64,000 nucleotides of DNA from Candidatus Dormiibacterota bacterium (GTDB taxonomy: Bacteria; Chloroflexota; Dormibacteria; Aeolococcales; Aeolococcaceae), in assembly GCA_963777285.1 (NCBI GenBank), contig CAVZPR010000002.1, forward strand, positions 1,101,972 through 1,165,971, read 5' to 3'. Shown here piece after piece: positions 58,756-64,000 of this stretch. Under the pieces are notes generated by a model. The model made no database searches. It was not told the DNA's origin and saw only the letters and a list, made by a program, of their open reading frames with translations. The translations under genes and the position numbers were made by a program. Numbering within the stretch: position 1 is the first letter of the stretch; each line of letters starts with the position of its first letter.

Positions 58756-61032
58756 TCAGCGCCACCAAGCGACGCGCGCCGCGTCCGTCGCCGTTTTCAC
58801 CGGCTCTGCGATATCCGCTTGCAGCCTGACCAGGTTCTGCACCCACTCCGTTGCGATGACAACCGCCATCGCGTCGCGTACCGCTCGCTCGCCGCCGCCC
58901 GCGCTGCACAGGCAGTCCATGGCGGCTGCACGCAGAGCATCGGCTGAGGGGCGCGTCGAGAGTTGAGTGCTCCGGAGCTCGCCGGCAAGCTCATTGGCAA
59001 TCTGACGTAAGCCCGCCATCAATACCTGCACCTGCGCATCGACTGCGGCAGCGCCGTCGGCGCAGGTGTTAGCGCCGGATTCGAGGTCCGCAGCGACCAC
59101 GGTGAGGAGGTCACCCGCGAGCAACGCTTGACTGCCGGCGGACACAAGCCTTCCGGCGGTCTGCGCGTCAAAAGGCTTGGCGCCTCGTTCGTTGAGAAGC
59201 GAGTCGAAGGCCTCACCAGCCCGCTCGCGCGCGCGGACAACCTCGGCGCGTATCGAAGTGAGGTCGGCAGCGTGCTCTTCCATGCCAAGCACCAAGGCGA
59301 AAGCTGGGCCAAGGTACTCGATGAGGGACCGATATAGGCTTGCAATTGAACGGGCGAAATCGCGCCGCGCCCCACTTGGCCAGAGCAGGATGCTCACCAC
59401 GACGCTGACGCCCGTGCCCAGGGCAACATCTTCGATGCGCACCAGCCCGACCTGCCACCCGGCGGGCGAGATCAGATTGAAGATCACAATCACCATAAGA
59501 GTGAACGCCGCTTGTCCTGCCACGAAGCCGATCGCGCCGGCCGCATATGACGCCAAGAACAGGGCAATCGGCAGTGCAATCCACATGATGATGGGATTGC
59601 TTCCGGCAACAAGCGCAAAGAGGCCGCCGACAAGGAAACCGATGATGGTGCCAAGAAGCGCCTGCATCGTGGTCCGTCCCGTGCCGAGCGCGTTCGAACG
59701 AAGCACCGAAAGTGTGCCGAGCACCACCCAGAAGGCGTGGCTCAAGCCCAACACTCGCGCCAGCAGCACCGACAACGCCAGCCCGACCGCAACCCGTAGG
59801 CTGCCGTGCAGGACCGTCGAACTCGGCGCGAGTTGCGCCCTCGCCGTCCCGGCAGTGCGCAGGACGAGCCCGAGGAAGCCCGCGCGTCGCGGAATCGACG
59901 CCGGCACGCTGAAGCTGTCGTCGGGCTGACCTCCGGCCGCGATCACCGCATTTTCTCCCAGCGCAATAGAGATGTACGACACGACGCGGAGCGTGTGGTC
60001 GACATCGATTCCGCTGAGCACCTCCTCAGCCGGCCGGCCAGCTTGCAACTGCTCAGCAGCCCAGCGGTCGAGCGCTGCGCGGTGCGCCCGCCGTGCATCG
60101 TGGATAGCGCGGACATTCGGCCTCGCATCGGCGGTGAGCGCGTCGGCACTGGCCCGCAGAGCAGCCGTGACCGTCGCGGCGAGCCGGGTCGTCTCGTCGA
60201 TGCACGGCCGCGTTGATGGCCGCTCTTCGTGGAACGGACGCTCGCCGAGATCAACAATCTCGTCGAGCTGAGTGACCAGCTGCACGAACGCCCGATCGCG
60301 GCGGGCTGGGCCGGCGGGACGTTGCTTGGTGCGGGTGTACTCGCGATGCAGCGCGCGCACGGTTGCCTCCACAGCGGACCGAAAACGGTCGAGCGCTCCA
60401 TCGGCGGTCCTGAGGCGCATGGCGTCGACGAGATCCGCCACCGCGCGGCACGCCTCGGCTGCCATTTCACGCAGCATCACCCGCTCGAACCACGGCCAAA
60501 GGAAGACACCTGCCAGGGTCGAGACCGCGCCGGCCAGCGCCCATCCAGCCAGCCGGGCTGGGATGTCCGAAACCGTCCCGGGAATGGCAACAGCGAGCAC
60601 AAAGGCAAGCAGCTGGCCGGTCTGACCCGCCGTGAGGTAACCGCCGAAGACGCCGGCGAAGGACACGATGAATCCCACGACGAGCATCAGGGCAGACCCG
60701 AGCGCAATATTCGGCGAGACCGCGGTGCCGAGAGTGAGTAGTGCGGCGCCGGTGAGCGTTGCACCGAGGTAGGCGCCTGTACGAGCGAGGCGTCGGCCAC
60801 CGAAGTCGGACATCACCAGAAGCGCGAAACAGCCGAACACCGCGAAGGTGGCGGTCTGCAGATTGCGGATGACCAGCAGGCTGACTGCAAAGGTGGCCGG
60901 AATCACGATCGCAGCCCGCACGGATCTGCGCAGGGCGATGACCCGAGGGCCGGCAATTCTCTCGGGAGCGCGCGCTGCTCCACAGGCGAGTTCGGTAGCC
61001 GTCGCAGCGGTTGCGCCGCTTTCGGCAGTCAC
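58756..61032 (-). CDS. FUSC/ArAE-family putative aromatic-acid exporter (duplicated membrane domain)
   Basis: 758 aa. It has two multi-TM blocks (..FAVFGCFALLVMSDFGG.. and ..HAFWVVLGTLSVLRSNALGTGRT..) separated and followed by long helical cytoplasmic regions, the typical FUSC layout. Confidence 0.75.
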   Translation of the reverse strand: MTAESGATAATATELACGAARAPERIAGPRVIALRRSVRAAIVIPATFAVSLLVIRNLQTATFAVFGCFALLVMSDFGGRRLARTGAYLGATLTGAALLTLGTAVSPNIALGSALMLVVGFIVSFAGVFGGYLTAGQTGQLLAFVLAVAIPGTVSDIPARLAGWALAGAVSTLAGVFLWPWFERVMLREMAAEACRAVADLVDAMRLRTADGALDRFRSAVEATVRALHREYTRTKQRPAGPARRDRAFVQLVTQLDEIVDLGERPFHEERPSTRPCIDETTRLAATVTAALRASADALTADARPNVRAIHDARRAHRAALDRWAAEQLQAGRPAEEVLSGIDVDHTLRVVSYISIALGENAVIAAGGQPDDSFSVPASIPRRAGFLGLVLRTAGTARAQLAPSSTVLHGSLRVAVGLALSVLLARVLGLSHAFWVVLGTLSVLRSNALGTGRTTMQALLGTIIGFLVGGLFALVAGSNPIIMWIALPIALFLASYAAGAIGFVAGQAAFTLMVIVIFNLISPAGWQVGLVRIEDVALGTGVSVVVSILLWPSGARRDFARSIASLYRSLIEYLGPAFALVLGMEEHAADLTSIRAEVVRARERAGEAFDSLLNERGAKPFDAQTAGRLVSAGSQALLAGDLLTVVAADLESGANTCADGAAAVDAQVQVLMAGLRQIANELAGELRSTQLSTRPSADALRAAAMDCLCSAGGGERAVRDAMAVVIATEWVQNLVRLQADIAEPVKTATDAARVAWWR

Positions 61033-61065
61033 TCAAGGACCGGCGGCGGATTCAGCCAACTTGGG

Positions 61066-61120
61066 GTGTTTTTTGACCTCGAACGTACCCCCGAGGCGTA
61101 CGCGCTCATCAAACGGTCGC
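61066..61120 (-). repeat. repeat family copy R4 (most divergent/partial)
   Basis: The reverse complement reads GCGACCGTTTGATGAGCGCGTACGCCTCGGGGGTACGTTCGAGGTCAAAAAACACCCC. It shares the blocks CGTACG, GGGGTACGTTC and GAGGTCAA with R1-R3. It lies ~30 nt upstream of the FUSC start. Confidence 0.45.
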
Positions 61121-61330
61121 CTAGACGGCGACGACGAACTGAATGTCGGCGAGGTTGGTTGCGGATCGCTGGCATGGCGACGGTGGCGATGGAGACGTCG
61201 AGCATAACCATGAGCGCGCCGGTCAGGACGCTGAGAAGCGCGAGCCAGCGCCGTGGGCCGAGCCCCTCGACAGGAGACGCGGATCGTGGCTCGCATCGAT
61301 ACGTCACGAGCCGGCTAACCCTATCGCACT
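61121..61330 (-). pseudogene. N-terminal remnant of a DHA2-type MFS transporter gene
   Basis: The minus-strand translation ..GPRRWLALLSVLTGALMVMLDVSIATVAMPAIRN.. compares with the intact MFS here (WVALGVVLCGTIMTILDATIVNIAIPTLQTD). After a frame slip it continues ..LADIQFVVAV, then a stop abuts repeat R4. Confidence 0.45.
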
Positions 61331-61487
61331 CGGAAGATTGGCCCTGCAGTTGGTTTCGGCCGCAGTCTGACCATTTCTCCACGCGGCACAGCACCCAGGG
61401 ACGGGAGGGCGCTGGGGGCGGCCTCGAGACGGCCGCGTCGTTCTGCTGTTCGCGATCCCGTCGGCAGGGCGGCAGAATGGCGTTGCC

Positions 61488-62330
61488 ATGCAGGCACAGT
61501 TCCGGGTGGCGCGTAATCCCGATGGCGACAGTCGCCTGCCGTTTCTGGTCTGGTTGCCCCTCGACGGGGGCCTGGTCCTCAAGGCGAGGGAACCGTGGCC
61601 ACGCTCAGCGCGCGTGTTCTGCAGTCAGGAGGGGACGCCCTGGGATGAGCGCGCTGGCTTGGTCGACCAAGCCGGCGTGGTGCTGTGTCGGCGCCGGGGC
61701 GCAGCGATCGACCTCGTCCTGGACCGGCCGCAGCTCGCGCGCTCTCAGTTCGTGTTCACCCAGGCGCGGGGTCGGCCGGCGGTCTGGTGGCAAACGCAGA
61801 AGACGGTGCAGGCGGCCAATCCGGGAGCCCGCGTCCCGCGTGGGCGGGCCGCCGGCAAGCTCACCGTCGCTGTCGACACCAGGGAGAAATACGGCTGGCG
61901 GTTCGCCGGCCGCGAAGTGACGGTGGAGCGGCGCACTCTGCCGGCCGGCGACTACGCGGCGATGGTCGGCGACCGAATCGCCGGCATCGTCGAGCGCAAG
62001 ACCCTTGAGAACCTGGCCAGCTCGCTCTCGGATGGCAGCCTGGCCTTTCAGCTGCAGCGGCTGGCGGAGGCGGGTCGAGCGGCCGCGATCGTCGTCGAAG
62101 GTGACTATCCGGACCTGTTCCGCACCCAACCGGGGCGCGGCTCCTGGCTGGCCGACATGCTGGGGCGGTTGGCGCTGCGCTACCCGGAGATTCCGATCGT
62201 GTTCGCTGGCTCACGGCGGTTTGCCGAGGAGTGGGCGTACCGGTTCTTCGGGGCGGTCATCGGCGATGCCGGCGCGAAAGATGAGGCAACTACGAGCGAA
62301 CCCGCCCAATCCGGCCGACGGCGATCGTGA
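61488..62330 (+). CDS. ERCC4 (XPF/Mus81-type) nuclease-domain protein with unassigned N-terminal domain
   Basis: The C-terminal half is ..LTVAVDTREKYGWRF..LPAGDYAAMVGDRIAGIVERKTLENLASSLSDGSLAFQLQRLAE..AAIVVEGDY.. (GDY...ERK motif). The N-terminal ~135 aa (MQAQFRVARNPDGDSRLPFLVWLPLDGGLVLKAREPWP..) have no motif I recognise. Confidence 0.7.
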   Translation: MQAQFRVARNPDGDSRLPFLVWLPLDGGLVLKAREPWPRSARVFCSQEGTPWDERAGLVDQAGVVLCRRRGAAIDLVLDRPQLARSQFVFTQARGRPAVWWQTQKTVQAANPGARVPRGRAAGKLTVAVDTREKYGWRFAGREVTVERRTLPAGDYAAMVGDRIAGIVERKTLENLASSLSDGSLAFQLQRLAEAGRAAAIVVEGDYPDLFRTQPGRGSWLADMLGRLALRYPEIPIVFAGSRRFAEEWAYRFFGAVIGDAGAKDEATTSEPAQSGRRRS

Positions 62331-62384
62331 CGGAGGCATTGGGGAGATCGCGTAGCGCCTGTGCGTTCGGAGCGAGATCGATAA

Positions 62385-62445
62385 CCCGCCCAGCCACGAT
62401 CGGTGGGAGTTCGTCCCAGGTCAAGCTGGGTGTAGGTTCATCATC
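62385..62445 (+). repeat. repeat family copy R3
   Basis: Sequence CAGCCACGATCGGTGGGAGTTCGTCCCAGGTCAAGCTGGGTGTAGGTTCATCATCC. It lies between the convergent ERCC4 and binding-protein genes. Confidence 0.65.
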
Positions 62446-62582
62446 CGCCCGTGAGACGTCCAAACACCGAGCGCAAGTGATCGCGGCGGGCGCGGCCCCG
62501 ATGGCCGCGCCTTTCGCCGACGATTTTGTGGGCTCTTGGTAAGGCGGTCAGGCTCTGCCGGCTGCTGAATGGACGTTCACAG

Positions 62583-63758
62583 TCACACCGCCAGCGCGGC
62601 AGCAGGTTCCTCGCGCCCCACATCGATGGCACCCTGGACACACTCCTGGGGATCGATGGCCCCCAGGTTCTTGACAACCTTGAAACTGCCGTTGCGTGCC
62701 TGGGCGATGTACATGTTCATTCGGACGTGATGCTCACCGGGCACCATCGCAGCTGGACCCCCCGGCCCGTCGGCGATTGCGGCGTGATCGAGCGCCTTGA
62801 TGACATCCTCTTGCTTTAGCGAACCTGCCTCGTTCACGGCAGCCTCCCAGAGCTTCAGCCCTCGGTACAGGCCTGAGCACGCACTGCCGGCAGTGAACTT
62901 GGCATCGCCTGGAAAGCGCCGGTCGTACTGTGCGACCAGGTCCTTGCTGAACGAATCGCTGACGTCCCAGTAGTAGTCGAGGCAGCTGTAGAGACCTTCG
63001 ACGTGGGAAGCCGGCACCAGGTTCAGGAAGTTCTCGTCGAAGTACGTACAGACCAGGTGTCCGCCGCGCTTCGCGAAGCCGGAGTTGTAGAGCTGCTCGA
63101 GGAATGGCGTGAGTCCCGGAGGAACGATCGTGTTGAACACGACCTGCGCACCACTCGAGATGATCTTGTCAATGGTCTGCGAGTAGTCAGTGTGGTCGAG
63201 AGGGAAGTAGTCCTCGCCGACGATCGCACCGCCGTTCGCCGTCGCAGCTTGACGGACCTTCTCGTTGAGAATGTGTGGCCAGATGTAGTCCGCCGACGGC
63301 AAGTAGAAGTTCTTCGCCCCCGTCTGTTGCATGAGCCAGGGAATCAGGGGCTCAACCTGCTGCGCAGGGACTGGACCGGTGCAGAAGAGGAGCGGGTCAC
63401 ACTCCTGCCCCTCGTATTGCTCCGGGTAGATGTAGAGCTTCTTGCCGCTCACGACAGCAGGGCCCTTGATGGCCTGCCTCGTTGAGCTGTAGATGCCGCC
63501 GAAGATCACATCAACCTGATCTTGCTCGACCAGCTTGGTCGCCTTGGCGTTCGCCACGCTATCTGTCGTTGCGCTGTCCTCTATGTAGAGGTCTAGCCGG
63601 CGCCCCAACAGGCCACCCTTCGCATTGATGGCATCGACGACCATCGTGGCCACGTTGGCATTGGCGATGCCCATGAACGAGAGTGGACCCGTTTGGTCCG
63701 TTATCACGCCCACCTTGATGGGCGGGGCGCCTGCAGCTTTGGTTTGCGTCATTTGCAT
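62583..63758 (-). CDS. AmiC/UrtA/FmdD-type (type I periplasmic-binding-fold) amide/urea-binding protein lacking a signal peptide
   Basis: It has ..IKVGVITDQTGPLSFMG.., ..LYIYPEQYEGQE.. and ..LPSADYIWPHILN.., which parallel the AmiC YPTPYEGFE and GSDYIYPR regions. The ORF cannot extend upstream of MQMTQTKAAG, so there is no leader peptide. Confidence 0.8.
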   Translation of the reverse strand: MQMTQTKAAGAPPIKVGVITDQTGPLSFMGIANANVATMVVDAINAKGGLLGRRLDLYIEDSATTDSVANAKATKLVEQDQVDVIFGGIYSSTRQAIKGPAVVSGKKLYIYPEQYEGQECDPLLFCTGPVPAQQVEPLIPWLMQQTGAKNFYLPSADYIWPHILNEKVRQAATANGGAIVGEDYFPLDHTDYSQTIDKIISSGAQVVFNTIVPPGLTPFLEQLYNSGFAKRGGHLVCTYFDENFLNLVPASHVEGLYSCLDYYWDVSDSFSKDLVAQYDRRFPGDAKFTAGSACSGLYRGLKLWEAAVNEAGSLKQEDVIKALDHAAIADGPGGPAAMVPGEHHVRMNMYIAQARNGSFKVVKNLGAIDPQECVQGAIDVGREEPAAALAV

Positions 63759-63901
63759 TTCATTCTCTTAGGGTTTGGTCACTGAATGAATGATCAGGTG
63801 CTTGCGGGCGTCTGCTCACACCTTGCGAAAGGGCCGCCAGGACGACACTGCCCTCGCGCGGAAGGCGCAGGCTCGCGGTGCCGCCCTGAATGGGAGCCGG
63901 A

Positions 63902-64000
63902 TTACGCGTAGAAGTGCGCGTTGAACTTCGGCGCCTGTGGCGCACCTTTGTGCCCGGCTTCTTGAAGGATCGCCGGGACCTCGGGGTCAGCCACGTAGCT
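63902..64000 (-). CDS. 3' end of an unidentified gene (5' part outside the window)
   Basis: The minus-strand frame is open from the window edge and ends ..SYVADPEVPAILQEAGHKGAPQAPKFNAHFYA, with a stop (TAA, complement of 63902-63904). It is upstream of and co-directional with the AmiC-like gene. Confidence 0.3.
   Translation of the reverse strand, partial: SYVADPEVPAILQEAGHKGAPQAPKFNAHFYA

Larger units (their letters stand above)
55448..62445. mobile_element. putative decayed, multi-module genomic island downstream of tRNA-Arg
   Basis: It begins at the tRNA 3' end and contains recombinase and methylase debris, truncated SRPBCC and MFS genes, five copies of one repeat family and unrelated cargo genes. 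It looks lower in GC by eye. The boundaries are provisional, and no intact integrase is present. Confidence 0.35.

Noticed and set aside
62400-62425. Reading the repeat copies as pseudo-tRNA T-arms (GGGAGTTCGTCCCAGG)
   Set aside because: The segments do not fold into a 5-bp stem with a 7-nt TTCRANY loop, and no acceptor or anticodon arms accompany them. The resemblance is limited to short blocks shared with the tRNA-Arg 3' half.
62490-62510. Hairpin GCGCGGCC-CCGAT-GGCCGCGC as a terminator for the ERCC4 or binding-protein gene
   Set aside because: The stem is good (8 bp), but the T-rich run on the plus strand starts ~12 nt away and there is none on the minus strand. I kept it only as a weak possibility and did not annotate it.

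Overview
This is a 64-kb, visibly GC-rich segment; G+C looks like roughly two-thirds or more by eye and was not computed. It looks like a bacterial chromosome from a high-GC Terrabacteria-type organism (Actinomycetota, Chloroflexota or Dormibacterota-like). The DUF222-HNH gene, the PucR regulator and a split cytochrome b6/subunit IV bc complex support that, but I cannot place it further without searches. All family calls come from motifs read in the supplied translations; no database was queried.

Layout:
- 1-7.2 kb: a Tad-like secretion module (CpaF/TadA-type ATPase cut by the window edge, two TadB/C-like platform proteins, a CpaE/TadZ-like ParA ATPase, unknowns). It ends in a frameshifted VirD4/TraG-type coupling protein.
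- 7-17 kb: mixed housekeeping genes (SDR, CPBP protease, holB, GH1 glucosidase, TPP riboswitch plus thiC, DUF222-HNH).
- 17-25.4 kb: a nitrogen block (GS, PucR, secreted beta-propeller, Amt-GlnK, ferredoxin, second GS).
- 25.4-43 kb: GNAT, dxs, a doubly frameshifted SirB1-like gene, bcp, paired ArsA/Get3-like ATPases, SbcDC-like genes, a GGDEF protein, MarR-MFS, accA-accD-fabH.
- 43.7-54.1 kb: a co-directional respiratory supercluster (Rieske, cyt b6, subunit IV, triheme cyt c, CoxII, CoxI, CtaA, CtaB, CtaG, cupredoxin) with several unlisted micro-ORFs.
- 54.2-64 kb: birA and tRNA-Arg(CCG), then a mosaic, lower-GC-looking accessory stretch. It holds decayed methylase/recombinase fragments, ArsR-SRPBCC, a cupin, a DHFR-like gene, a FUSC exporter, an ERCC4-domain nuclease and an AmiC-like binding protein.

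The most interesting signal is a five-copy repeat family whose founding copy overlaps the tRNA-Arg 3' end and whose copies coincide with gene truncations. I saw no rRNA, no CRISPR array and no intact transposase or integrase.
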